Assembly: GCA_013115145.1 (NCBI GenBank)
Contig: JAAPAO010000226.1
Coordinates: 1-50,287, forward strand
Direction of reading: 5' to 3'
Length of the DNA: 50,287 nt
From: Perkinsus chesapeaki ATCC PRA-425
Lineage: Eukaryota > Protista > Perkinsozoa
Shown: one piece after another, positions 34,701-48,488 of the stretch
Position numbering within the stretch: the first letter of the stretch is position 1
Layout: the number at the start of each line of letters is the position of its first letter
Made by a program: the position numbers and the translations under genes
The notes under the pieces: generated by a model
Database searches by the model: none
Told to the model about the DNA's origin: nothing
The model's input: only the letters and a program-made list of their open reading frames with translations

Positions 34701-37700
34701 AGGCGCACAACTCCTCACCTAGACGTTCACCGCCCAGCTCCATCTTATCAGTGGCCTCATCCTCGTCCATTCCAGCTGCTGCCGCATTGAGCCTCGATTC
34801 CATTGTAGTCCATATGGAGAACACCACAGACTTACCCTTCAGCAAGGCTTCATTAGCCCACTGTACCGCAGCGGGCAGCTGACACATGAATCTCAGCTGC
34901 TGGGCGAGCAGGAGTAGCTCACCTTGAAGCTGAGAAGGAGTATCTTGAAGAATCTTTGGGCACTGGAGTAGAGGGCCATACCCGCCAGACTCCCCGAGGG
35001 AAGACTGATGATATCTTGCCACAGATTCGAGCACTGGTCATACAGCCGAATCTGGAGGGAGGGCAGCAGGTACCAAACACCGAGGGCGCGGAGGGCTGGC
35101 TACTTGTGCATTGGTAAGGGCCACCTTATCCACATGAAAGGTGGTGCCTTTAAAGCTGAGACATCGGGCCACCATTGTGCCTCGGGCCTTCATCTCAGCG
35201 GCTAATGCTTCCATACCCGAAGTCCCACCGAGCTTAGCAACGCTATGGAAGGCTTCAAAGTCCTAATAAGGGGAATGGTCGACATGGATAGGCTACAGGG
35301 TTACGTGGAAGGGGGTGTGAGGACCCCACATTCCCAACCTTTCGAGATAGGCAAGATTGTCTATGTCAGCTGCCACTGTTGCACTACAATAAAGGAAGGG
35401 ATGCTCTGGTAGTTTACGACTAAGCTCCAGGATAAGGTCTCCTGTACGCGAGCTGCCCTTCCTTCCTGAAACCTGAACAAAGGCAGGCCTTCTACTATGG
35501 CTTTACTCTAGACTCACGTACCTTGACATTCTTAGCCTTGTGGCATTCATCCAGGCACACAAAACCATTGCCGCCATTAAGCCACTCTAGTAGCTGCTCA
35601 TATCGACTTTTCCCTTTAGTGCCCTCCTAATCAGCACCACCACCGTGGACCCTGCTACAACCCCATCCCTTTGGCCCTTACCTTAGCCTTCTGTGGTGTT
35701 GTCACTAGTATAGCATAAGCTGCAAATAATATACCCTCCCCCTTCCATTCATCAGCCTTTACACCCACCGACGCCCCTTCACTTTGCTTTTTCCGTTTAC
35801 GCCTACTCGTTTTACTAACCGAGGCTTCCTCCTCTTTATGGTGATGATGATGATGCTTGCCCTCCTTATGTCTATGATGCTTCTTCCGTTCATTTCCTTT
35901 ATGGCTGCTATGGCTTGTACACGGTGAGCTCGGTTCCTCAGTATCACCACCCTCAACCTTCCCCTCCACCTCGCACTCCCCCTTCCCAATCCTTGCTTTC
36001 TTAGCTGGCTTTGCCTCGTTTGATTCCTTTCTAGGTCGACCTCTACCCCTAGGAGGCTTCCAATCCGCTATACTAGTACCTGCTGACCCAGCGTTCTAAA
36101 CAGACCTGCCTTCTAGGCTGCGTATAGTTCAGAAACTCCGCAGACTCTAGCAGATCTATCGGCATCTAGCGATGTACTATTCGAAGAGCTCAACTGCGGC
36201 AGCCTAACAAACAATCCCGCAAGATCCGAGATAGCCATCGGCCAAACCCGAGTTAGGCAAACCTGACTTTCCAGGAAGATACTTCTGAAACGCAACCCGG
36301 CGTGCCGAGCTTTGGGTCGTCGGGTGTAGCAATACTGAAGATTCAGAGCCTCCAACTTCACATTCAAAACCGCCTGGGAGTCTGCCTTACGGTGATTTTC
36401 CAATTAGAGAAATGATACGCGCAGAGCCTGTAGCCTAGCACCGGAGGGGCCAGCATTCCCCATATAGCAGTTACCTACCATATCGCCGAACCTTCCTATA
36501 GTCCAGTAAAGGTATATTGGCTGCCCCCAAGTCCTGTAGATCTCTTCGGGCATCCTGGAGTAGATCTGGTGTTGCTGTTATCCAACATAACCTCCTATAG
36601 CCCATATTCCACAGGTGAAGCATTAACGCTGCAATCACTCTACCCTTACCACATCTGAAAAAGTTTACGAAAAGTGACGACGACTAAGGAGCCGTTTGCT
36701 AATCATACTGCGTGCTACTTCCGACTCCACGAAATAGATGCATTCTCCGTGCTCAACGGCAATGGCACGTACATAGCTAAGGTACCCATAAGGTAGCCGA
36801 AACTATAAGGTCTGACAGCCGCCTGCCTCTAGTGGTCCATCGCTACCACCGAACACTATGATGACGATAATGACAATTTTACGCCTCAACGTACCAAATT
36901 TCTTCCTCGAGGAGCAGTGCGGACGCGGCTAGGTTAGTCGACATAGTATTGTCCCCTCCCCAAGGCCATGCGTACACCCCTACTACCCAGTTCCGTCTCC
37001 AAGACAGAAGCCTGATGGCCTCCCTGCCTCCTTATCCAATCTAAACTTCCTAGCAGCATAGGCTACTGCTTCTAACTGTAATGATGATATCATACCAGAC
37101 TCTATTGTGGCCTAAGCAAGCAATACTCAGGCCCATCAACACACGACGCGCCGTCCGGTAGAAATTTCCAGCAGTCTTTCCGATATCACCGACAAAATTC
37201 ATTTTTATATCAGTTTCCGATGAACAACCCTTCTTGATCTACAATCACGCAGCCCCAAAGGAGCATACTCGAAGAGATAGTGCAATAGTACTACTACCTT
37301 AGGTATCCTAATCTCCTCTCTTTCTAATGGAGGCATGGCTGTAGTGGCCATTAACATAGTCTCTGCTAACTCATCTGGATGGGGTAATGCCCCACAGGAT
37401 GGATCCAAACGGAAGGACTAGACAAGAGCATCAATATTGCTATGTACGAAACAGCTCGATGGCCATACAGAATACGAATATGGTACAACTATCGGTGCAT
37501 CGGGAGGTATGAAGTCCGAACAAGTCTCGTCGGCTTATCCGTACATCACCAAAAGGTCATATAGAGGTTAGTATATTACTGTTATTGTTATTGCCTAACT
37601 ACTCGACTCATGTCCCTAGGTTGTACTACCTCCTTCATATGCACCATATGACCGTCTTTAGTAGTAAGGGAGGCTGGAAGGTGTGTAGCATCAGCTATAG

Positions 37701-37761
37701 TGCTAACATATACCCATTCCTCAGAGTTACTATCGGTAATAGAGGATGAGGAGGAGGACAT
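31790..37761 (-). CDS. SBNO: Strawberry notch-family SF2 helicase-like protein; start uncertain
   Basis: PHPDELAET, SSLQLEAVAYA, GFCLGDGTG|CGKGR, DARRDLQDLG, ELPSNPLDDLIDLMGGPTKVAELTGR, LELPWSAEKTVQQLGRVHRTNQRSPP, FVSAVARRLVRLGALTRGDR. C-terminal IVGSVFRTW...VRL lies in the 31790-32485 ORF. Confidence 0.9.
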
Positions 37762-37846
37762 ACAATCATGCCACCCTAGATTATCAATAGACACTATAGT
37801 AACACAATACTAACAATAACACTACGGACAACATCAATACACAACT

Positions 37847-39491
37847 TCATGTCTGTAGTATGCCACCATCAAGCTTGGGTAAAGGAGGCACCACCATGCC
37901 ACCCTACCACAACAGCACCATCACTGAAGTATCTATTCCGAGCATGCCCTACCTGCGCCTGAACCCTCCCACTCGAGGCCGCTGATCCTTTGCTGCGCCC
38001 ACTCCTTCGCGACCGGCATGACTTAGTAGTGTCCGTTCGATAGGATCGGGCGGTATGCAGCGATTCAGCTGCTTTCGGGCGGCCTTCCCATCGCTTGGGC
38101 AACGATGCTTCGCTCCGCCCTGTATCCCTACCACTTTTAATTTCCGCTATCCTATCCCATGCCTGATTTGAGAGAAGTGCGGTATGAACACCTGTTAGCA
38201 TACGTACAGTAGGCCTAGGTTTCGGATATGGAAGGCTCGGCTGGCTTAGCCTATGGTCCACATTTGATACTATATCAAACCCTCTACGATACTCCTCAGC
38301 AAACCTACATACCATAACGCTCCCAACAACCCTCTATGAGGCAAGTACCTATCGTGGCTGATACCGTTCATTCTCCTACTCTTCTCGACATGCCCCCGAC
38401 TCACATCTCGGACCTGCCGCGCAGTAGCTGGCTGCTAGCCCCCACCACTATTATCATTCCCTATATATTACATGCCAATTGTTCTCCATTATATATCTAT
38501 TCTTATACCGCTCCTTCCTCTCATCAGCTGCTATATCCATCACCTCCAATGCCTCTGAGTTATTAACTTCATGGCTCACAGGATTCCAAAAGTTCCCCAG
38601 ACGTCCCCTATAGACACATCTCTCCTCCAACCCCTGAGCACTAATAAGCATGCATTACCTAACACAAGGAGGTTGCTGTGCCAAGGCCCTCTCGACCCGC
38701 TCCACGTCCATGGCTTCAGACACTCTCTTCATGCCTACCAATGAGGCGTAAATCCACGATAGAATCAGCGGTATTACTGTCCTCCTCTCTGGGATCAGTA
38801 AAACGCTGCAACACGGGATCGAACCTGTTTCTCTAAGAGGAACGCCTCTCGCTCTACCATCGGAGCAGATTTCCTACCGCTCTATATTTAGCAGCTGCGA
38901 AAGCCTTCTGTAATGATGCTTCCTTCTCAGCTTGCTTTTCATGATCATACAGATACTTAGTGGTTATAATATTATAGTCCTTCTCTGTATAGGATGGCAC
39001 CAGACGTTCCCCCTATAAGCCCATTGCCACCATTCCCTATCCCTCCTCCTCCTCACTACCTTCCTAACTCCACTGCCATCATCTCCCTTTGGCCTATCCT
39101 TCGGATTTGCCCAATGATGCACATCATGAGACAGGTTTGATAATATATTATAATCCACCAAAGTAGATGGCATACTAGACCTCCCTACCCCTGGCCTCTT
39201 GTATCTGACACCTCTAGCTATCACCACCTCTTACCATCCTATCACCACTCACGTTAAGGTCATAGGATGATCTCCTGTGAGGCCCTGTAGTCTAGACGCA
39301 TTGGTGATGATATCAAATGGTTGCTCTCTAAGCAGCTGTATATCAATTGCCGCGTTAAAATGCCTGCCAATAGACTAAAGTCGCCGCCGCTTTCCCCTGT
39401 TATATCACTTTATCCGAGCCTTCTCCTCTTCAATCCTCAAAGCCAAATCCCCGTCCTTATCCCGAAGGCTGCCTACTATACGAGTGGACAT
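37847..39491 (-). CDS. Repeat-containing helical protein, possibly flagellar; ends approximate
   Basis: Recurrent short motifs FDIITN, YNILSNL, YNIITTKY, FDPVLQRF, FWNPVSHE and FDIVSNV separated by charged helices. The flagellar assignment is inference only. Confidence 0.5.
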
Positions 39492-39645
39492 GTGCAGAAT
39501 CTCCCCTTCTCTCAAACCCCTCCACTGAGTCCAAAGCAAACACCCTAAACTTCACATGAAACTCATATTAACCAAAAACCCACAGGGCTCCACAGACAAC
39601 ATTCAATCATCCGCCATTTCCACTGCCGACGACTATTCATACCAA

Positions 39646-41176
<1,531 letters not shown>

Positions 41177-41343
41177 TTCACTAGTAGCATTTTCCTATCC
41201 CATACCCTATCTCTTTCTAACCCCCCACAAGTGCATTTCTACGATACTTCCCATAGCTCCCCTAATGGCTCAGTCACCAACCAACTAATGCAGAGTCACT
41301 TTGCTATGTAAAAGTTCGGCAAAGAATCCATATTTTGCGGGCC

Positions 41344-41655
41344 TTATTCACCGTGGGCCCATCTCCCAGAGAGTCTGTGAGTTTTCAAAGATATTAGAAG
41401 GTAGGATATGCCTGATATCCTATACCCTTGGTAGCCCCCCGCCCCCTCACCTGGATTAGCCATATAAGGATCACCAGTACCGGCAACAATAGTAGTTTTG
41501 ATAGTAGCCTGCCCGCTGTTCTTAGCACCCTCTGAGAAGCTACCAGACCAACGAATAGCCATCCTTGTAGTGGCCGCTTTAATAGCAAAGCTCAGAGTTG
41601 TTGAAGCACTGCTGCTGCTGATGCTGCTGCCTACCGCTGCTGCCTTAGATAACAT
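41344..41655 (-). CDS. Ser/Ala-rich ORF: a separate small gene or the N-terminal exon(s) of HPD
   Basis: MLSKAAAVGSSISSSSASTTLSFAIKAATTRMAIRW... has no acidic residue in its first 41 aa. Likely donor CCAG|GTGAGG near 41451. Confidence 0.35.
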   Translation of the reverse strand: MLSKAAAVGSSISSSSASTTLSFAIKAATTRMAIRWSGSFSEGAKNSGQATIKTTIVAGTGDPYMANPGEGAGGYQGYRISGISYLLISLKTHRLSGRWAHGE

Positions 41656-41742
41656 ATCAATTCACTGCTAACATCGCCGCACTATGGATAATTAAGATGA
41701 ACCAAATAGATATGATAGAAACAACATATTTAACTCCGACCA

Positions 41743-43199
41743 CTAGCGGTGGTCACTATATATGAATTCATTGAAAACAGTGCCTTTATCAGCGATGGGT
41801 GTACTTCTCCTTTTTACACTACCAAGAGACTCATCTTCCTCACTTTTCCTTTTCCTTGACGGGCTGCTATGCTGCCCTTTTCTGACACCTCCATGAGCCA
41901 TGAGGTAGTCCTTAACTTCGTCACTACACCCCCTTTCCTCTGCCATGTCCAATATACTCTCCCCTGTAGCCTTATCTATCACTGTAAGTTTACATCCTAT
42001 CCTATTAACCAACTGCAATGCCCCTATAGGATCACTACTCTCCATACACCTACACCACATACTCCCACCATTCACCTCCATTACCACACCTTACCGCACA
42101 AGTAGCTGAAAGGGCCGTTGCTGGACCATCTGCCCGAGTCCAACCAAAAAGAGGTTAACATCCGACCATACCTCGACAGGTAGACAGCTCTCCAATTGCT
42201 GCCGTGTGGCCTCCGGCGAACCTAAGCCATGCTATCGGCCGCTGCCCAATGATCATCCTTACCAGCATTCTTGGTCCATCCTAGCTTAGTCGCAATACGA
42301 TGCACATGGGTATCTACACATATCCCAGCATCACGTCGGCCATGACCTATTTCCATCATCTAAAGTAATGTTCCTATCAATACACGATACTAACAACCGC
42401 TTACTAAGACCGCCATCTTAGGCCCAACTCCTGGCAAGGACATAAGCCCCTCCATAGTGTCCGGTACCTAACAACAGTCCACTTGTGAGCTTGATTCCCC
42501 TAACGCTACTCATATCTGCAAAACCCCCCTGTAGAATGTCATTGAATATTTCGAGACATAAACCACCAGGTGTGCACATCATCCCTACTACTATTCACCT
42601 TGCCATCAAACTGCTCCAAGAGGATCTCAGCAACCTTCTTTATATTCTTAGCCTTGGTATTATGAAAGCCGACCCCTTTGATCTGCTCATCGATTTCCTT
42701 CTCTGTCATTGATGCCACATTATACCGAGTGAGTCCTCCTTTATCCTTTAAGCACTTGTGTAGATTACCCATAGCTTTGGCATTCTCCTAAACCCGGCCC
42801 AGTCCAACTCTACCACCACAGGAGCCCTTACTTGATCCTTAGTTTGGCTACTTAACATAGCCGCCACTAATAGCTGGTATCTTCTATCATCCGGCTTCCC
42901 CTTAGGATCTGTCAGCATATGACACCCCATAGTGTCAACTGGTGCATCTCGTACTGCCCTCAGTTCCTTGACTATTGCCCATACCTTAACCACCCTTTCC
43001 ATACTCCAGCCCACCAGCCCTCCTTGCCTTTTCAAAGTCCTGTGGTTTCCGGACCGTTTCCTTATTACCCTTTACTTTATTAAAAGTATTGCTTTCCTTC
43101 GATGGTTTATCCTCGAAACTGGTCTAAAGCCATATCGGTAATCGAATGCCACTTGTTAGAAGGAGAGCCCACCTGAATGAGCCGAGGAGATCTCCGCAT
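41743..43199 (-). CDS. NTH1: Endonuclease III / NTH1-like DNA glycosylase with an atypical C-terminus
   Basis: MRRSPRL..., APVDTMGC, LVAAMLSSQTKDQ, VGFHNTKA, HhH LPGVGPKMA (catalytic Lys), VDTHVHRI (catalytic Asp), VNLFLVGLGQ. Confidence 0.92.
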
Positions 43200-43254
43200 T
43201 CATGAAAACTGCAACATCAACGTCGCGTGCATCAAAATCCGAGATGCGTAGGTA

Positions 43255-43294
43255 CGTTGAGGAAATACGAGAGAGTGCAAGATACGCAAGATTT
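43255..43294. promoter_or_regulatory. Composite intergenic motif, copy B
   Basis: CGTTGAGGAAATAC-gagagag-TGCAAGA-tacg-CAAGATTT between the divergent NTH1 and galactokinase genes. Confidence 0.55.
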
Positions 43295-43501
43295 CATGGA
43301 AGTCCTAAGCGTAGTGATACATCATAAATTGCCACTCTCTGTAGACGAGAAGTCCCGCTGTGTGTGGCATTGGTTATCTGATAGCTCAATGTCTCAGGAA
43401 TGACAATAAGTTAGCTCAAGTCTAGGGACCTTCACTGGGGACAGGTTGCACAATAGAGTCGGTGGCATGCTGCTGCTAGGGTGTTAGCATAGATTGTATT
43501 A

Positions 43502-45164
43502 ATGGCCATTACACCATCCAACAGCATGCCTCTGGCTGATGACGTTAAAGCTGCCTACTTAGCAGACTTTAAGGATACCTCTCCAAATGTTATAGTGAGA
43601 TCCCCAGGTCGGGTCAATCTCATTGGTGAACATATAGACTATAATGGCTTTGGTGTGCTTCCTTGTGCTATTGAGAGGTATGCTCTCTCCAATCTTCCAT
43701 TGCCTATGTATCCATCTCCAGGTACACCTTTATTGCCGCTGGCTTGTCAAAGGACAATAGCTCTGATTTGATGTCTCTGAGACATTTAGATGAGAAGGAG
43801 TTCCCAGCCAAGGTCATCTCTTCCCTACCTACCAAAACTCCCATACCGGTACTTCCTCTAATAACCTTGAATTGCATCATATACCTCTCTAGGCTCACCA
43901 TTGGACTAACTATGTCCTAGCTGCTTATATGGGCCTAATTGAACGCCTTGGCTCCGATGCTATACCAACAGATAAATGCATCCAGATGGTTGTTGCCGGT
44001 GATCTTCCCAGGGCAGCCGGCGTCTCATCCAGTACTACTCTAACCCTCAGCTTGTATACCATTCATTCCGCTCTAGGTTCCTCTCTGGTTGTTGCCGCTG
44101 CTTTGGCCATCCTTGGTGTCTTCGGCCTGGAGGATAAGCTCACCCGTCTGGAGCTGGCTAACGTCTGTGCCGACTGTGAAAGGTCAGTCTCCACTTTATC
44201 TGCTGTTCTCCAAATAACAGCCTCAGGTTTGTAGGGACTGCCGGAGGCGGAATGGATCAGGCGGCAATATTGCTATCGAAAAGGGGTGCAGCCACTCATA
44301 TAACTTTCACACCGGTTCTCAAGGCCGAGCCAGTTCCCCTTCCCAAAGGTTCTCAGTTTATAGTAGCCAACTCACTGGTGTCCAGTGCCAAGGCTGAGAC
44401 CGCTCCTTTCCGGTAGGACACTTATCGGTATTGTCAGTTCAATGTTGTTGGAAGGTATAATAAAAGAGTATTTGAATGCCGTATTGCCGCTTATATGGTC
44501 CATAAGGGTCTGGGCCTGGATGATGCCCTCATCAAGAATATTTGTAACTATAACTTCGCCGATCTAATGAACAACGCAGGTTGTACCGATCTTCTCGAGA
44601 TGCTTTCAAAGTGCGAGGCTATCCTGCCAGGGGAGCCTCAAACCCGCCAGCAGGTAGTCCCTCCTCCAATCGTGCTTCGTCACTTTGTTCTCCCAGATAG
44701 CCTCCGCTGTCCCCCAGCCTATCATCGATCAGCTCCTAGATCATCGTTGCGGCCGTTCCGTTTGGGATCTCAACGATGATTTTCATCTACTTGAAAGGAC
44801 GCGTCATGTCTACACTGAAGCCAACCGAGTGTTGGCATTTGCAGCTGGCGGCAAGTCTCTCACCGCCCTCGGCCAGATGCTCACCGACAGCCATAAGTCT
44901 TGTTCCGGTGACTATGATTGCTCGTGCCTCGAGTTGGATGACTTGGTCCATTGCTTCCTTGATGCTGGTGCCCTCGGTGCTCGCTTGACAGGTGCTGGCT
45001 GGGGTGGCTGTGTGGTGGCAATGGTCCACGAGGGTGAAGGCGATAAGGTTATGGCCGAAGTCCGCAAGTCGTATTATGATAAACATTCCCTCGTGGGCTC
45101 GAGTGATGTGATGTTCTCTTTCGAGCCAGCTGATGGAGCCCAGGTTCTCTATTTGGCCCAGTAA
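43502..45164 (+). CDS. GALK: Galactokinase / N-acetylgalactosamine kinase (GHMP family)
   Basis: [75 protein letters not shown]. Confidence 0.93.
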
Positions 45165-45423
45165 GATTCCCGTTTTTAAAAGGGTGGGGCCTCCGACACT
45201 GTACAGATTGCTATCTACTAAATTTGTTTAGCTTCTTCTAATCCTCATGTCTGTTGTGTGCTCAGTGGGTCTAATGTCTGAGGTAAACCTTTCGGATGTC
45301 GGTGCCGATCACGCAGGATGAGCTGGTGGCTATGCAGCCGCCAGAGCCAGAGGCTGCTAGGGCGATGCCAATCGATGAAGTTAGGGCTAGGAGAAGGCAA
45401 ATGAAGAATAGGGAGTTCCGGTA

Positions 45424-46219
45424 ATGCCGACAGGGGAGAAGGGGAGATCAATGTGGTGGTTCAGACAGTATTTGGTGGACGCTGGTCTGGTCGAGGCCAT
45501 TGTTAAAATGTTTGTGGGGTTGCTGGAGGCGGACCAGCTGCCTCACTTGGATGATAATAGACCGGAAACACACGCTGAAATGGGGAGCACAATTCTGACG
45601 GTTAGGCCATGGAAGGAGGAGCTACTACTGCTGGCTTAGGATTTTTTTGGGAAGTATAGAGATCCTGCGTGGGATGAGGTAGAGGCACTAGAGGCGGAGA
45701 ACGAGGAGCTTAAAAGGTCTATTGAAGAGCTTGAAGGGAAGATACCTCAACTTAATGAAAGTATATTCATAGCCAAAATCGATAGAACAGCATCTCAATG
45801 GTGGACAGCAGTGACGGCTAAGACGACCAATGCCACGGTAGGGTCAGGAGCGGTAGGGGGACACAAATTGTGTTAATAGGCGACGACATTGACGCCGAAG
45901 GAGATAATCGCGGTGCTGCAGCCGGTAGGCGATGCTCTGGAGAAGGTAAAGAAGAGTGATGATCTTACAAAGGAGGATGTAAGGTTGATGGAGAAGGACT
46001 GTTGATTAGGGATGGTCTCAGGTAATGGGTTTCATACGCGCCCTGGCTGGAGGAGATAATGAGGTAGACGTCGTAGAAGTAACACTGAAATGGGCAACCT
46101 TTCTGTCACCACCTGCTGAGGGGCAAGTGGCTGAGGCTCCGGACTCTGAAGCAGTCTCCTCCTGGTGGGGAGCATTCTTTGACTGGAAGATGGCCAAGGA
46201 TAGCTCGGAGCAGGCATGA
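45424..46219 (+). CDS. Protein with a MYCBP/AMY-1-like N-terminal docking domain and coiled coil
   Basis: FRQYLVDAGLVEAIVKMFVGLLEADQLP resembles MYCBP FRRYLEKSGVLDTLTKVLVALYEEPEKP, followed by EVEALEAENEELKRSIEELE. Predicted introns near 45583, 45838 and 45980. Confidence 0.55.
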
Positions 46220-48488
46220 TACAAATCATTCTGGTGTGATGAGGTTATTGTGTTGGTCACTGTTGCTGATCAAGCGAGGCTCGTTCCTTTTTCTAATGGC
46301 TGGGCTGCCTAAGAAGATCGATCCCGCGCGGCTACGTAAAACCTGGGTACGCTTAGTTGTTGATGAGCACTTGTAGATACCTTCTTCGCACGATGTAGCG
46401 TGGTGGCCAACTTGCTGCAGTCGAGGCTAGCTATGCCTATCATGTAAAACGCATGGCTTGTCGAGTCGCTTATGAGCCTATAGGTATCCTTTGAACCCAC
46501 AGCTCGGCCAATTGAAGGATCGTAACCCTATCGCGGTATCACGGTTCTCCCAAGTGAGCAGCAGCAGCATGACAACTTCACATAGGACTTTGGTCTTCTG
46601 TAGGAGCAAGTGGCGCAGACATTATCCCATGTAGCACCAGCAGTAGTGGGCCTCACTCATATGGCAAGGGTCCTCAAAGCCGGCCATGCCCTGGAGTATT
46701 ACGCCACAAGTGGAGGTCGGAGGCGTTTCCGTCGACGTGAGAAGAGCTTGCCAAAGGATAAGGTGAAGTACAGGTAAGCCGGGGGCTTTGAGCGTTGAGA
46801 CTGGAGGGTGTCACAGATGGCATCGATTGCGCGTCCAACATCATAAGAAATTTGGCATCGTTTCAAAGACAGGGCTGGCGCACGGGTGGAGCAGGTAGGA
46901 TGCGAAGTTTGTGTAGTGTCTCTGACCTGCTGGTTGGTAGATACGGTGGAGGACGACCGGCAGATGCATGGCTGAATACCCTTTATAAATGATAACATGC
47001 TTACTTTCCTGACGATATGTTTCAGAGCTCACAGGTGTTTGTTGTTGTATGATACAGTGCTATATGGAACAGTATAACAATCGAACGAGCCGCAAGTGGT
47101 TTACGGTCTCATCGCCACAAAATAGGCTCGCCTATCGTACACAAATGATGTTTACAGAGTAGACAAGGTTAGTTGGGCCACACGCGCTAGTCATATTATA
47201 ACACAAATAGGAATCCGGGCGGGCGAGGGTTGGCCCTAGCTTGTGCAGCGTGAACAGACTGTACATTCCTTGGTTTGTCATTAGTAATGGTTAGGTATTT
47301 TGGCTTAAGTTGTGGCATCCTTTTTTTTCTTTCATTTCACCCTACTGTCACGGTGGAGGTGATGCGCGAGCTCGTGTAGAGTACTCGCCATCATCTCGCA
47401 GTGCTGGCGTAGGATTTCTCGTACTATTGGACCACCACCCCCATCCGGAACTCGTGCGTTGTCCTGCGACCTATGCGGCGCAAAACGGCGTGCTAAGTTC
47501 CCGGGTTGGGTGTTTCGCTAGACACGCGTTTTTGGTGGTCCTGCCAGCCCTTGCTGCGCTACTCCCACTCCCGTGGCCGTAGGGAAGCGTGACGCCCAAC
47601 TAACACTCATAGGCGACAAGTAAGCAAAGATAGCAGCGCGTACGAGTCAAATTAATTGGGTTCAAACATGAATCGCTCTGTTCAGAGACTTGGAATATAT
47701 CCATTTTCCGCATTCGATACCTAGCCTGACCAGTGGTGTCTTGGCTGGTATCCACTTCACAAGGATCGCTTGGTAATATTCCTCACCACCGATTTCGGCT
47801 GAGAAGATACCCTTAGGGAGCGGGAGGCCACGAAAGCCGTCTTGCACCAGTCCAACAGATGACTGGTAGATAATGCCAATAATAGCAAAGAGTAGTTTCT
47901 TGAAAAGGAGCTACACTGGATGAGGGGTTGATTTCACGAATAAGCGGGATTAATCATCACTAGTTGATGCGTGACGCGGTCGACGACGTGGTATTCTCTG
48001 TCACAAAAGCGTGACTTAGATCTGCTATCAATTGTTGGCCCATTGCCGAATAGTCAGTAATACCAACCGAGTATCCGGAAGTGCGAAAACCTATGCGGTG
48101 TCAATGATGAAGATACTCCTGCCTGGGTGCACTGAAGTTCAGCGACGTACTGTACAGTGGCTATAGCATGGAGCCGAGGCCTGTCTGATGGCTCTCAAAA
48201 CGATTTCTTCCAGCTGAAAGCCAGATGCCTGATGAAAACGGATAAGTGGCTCATGCAGTATTAAGTTTCGAGTTTTTAGAGATATTATAGTTCCTAAAAT
48301 GATGAGGCAAGTTGTAACCCCACGGCAAGTTGCAACTTGGGCACAAGGGACACGATACAAATCCTTCCAGGACCGAACTACTACAGCTAGATTGAGTGTG
48401 GTGTCTACTTCAATCAATTCATTCATGAATAGTTACATTCGGAAATATTTCATAATTCTTCAAGTTATTTACTTTTCCGGTTCCTCCA

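Noticed and set aside
37847-37850. Possible ATGA stop/start overlap between the repeat protein and SBNO
   Set aside because: It depends on two unverified splice predictions, and an ATG at 37761 is a simpler SBNO start.
38795-38870. Apparent tRNA on the minus strand: D-arm-like GCTCCGATGGTAGAGC, a hairpin, GGTTCGATCCC and a T-run
   Set aside because: The acceptor and T stems do not pair. The T-loop-like part is the exon encoding RNRFDPVLQRF. Only the intronic D-arm-like hairpin remains, which is too weak to call.
46260-47960. Several 60-100 aa ORFs on both strands, including a signal-peptide-like stretch at 47662-47900
   Set aside because: No coherent exon chain, start codon or recognisable domain could be assembled. 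Left unannotated, though a gene here is not excluded.
48306-48338. GCAAGTTG repeat with palindrome CAAGTTGCAACTTG upstream of the mucin
   Set aside because: It only loosely resembles the CAAGA blocks of the composite motif and occurs once, so there is not enough support.
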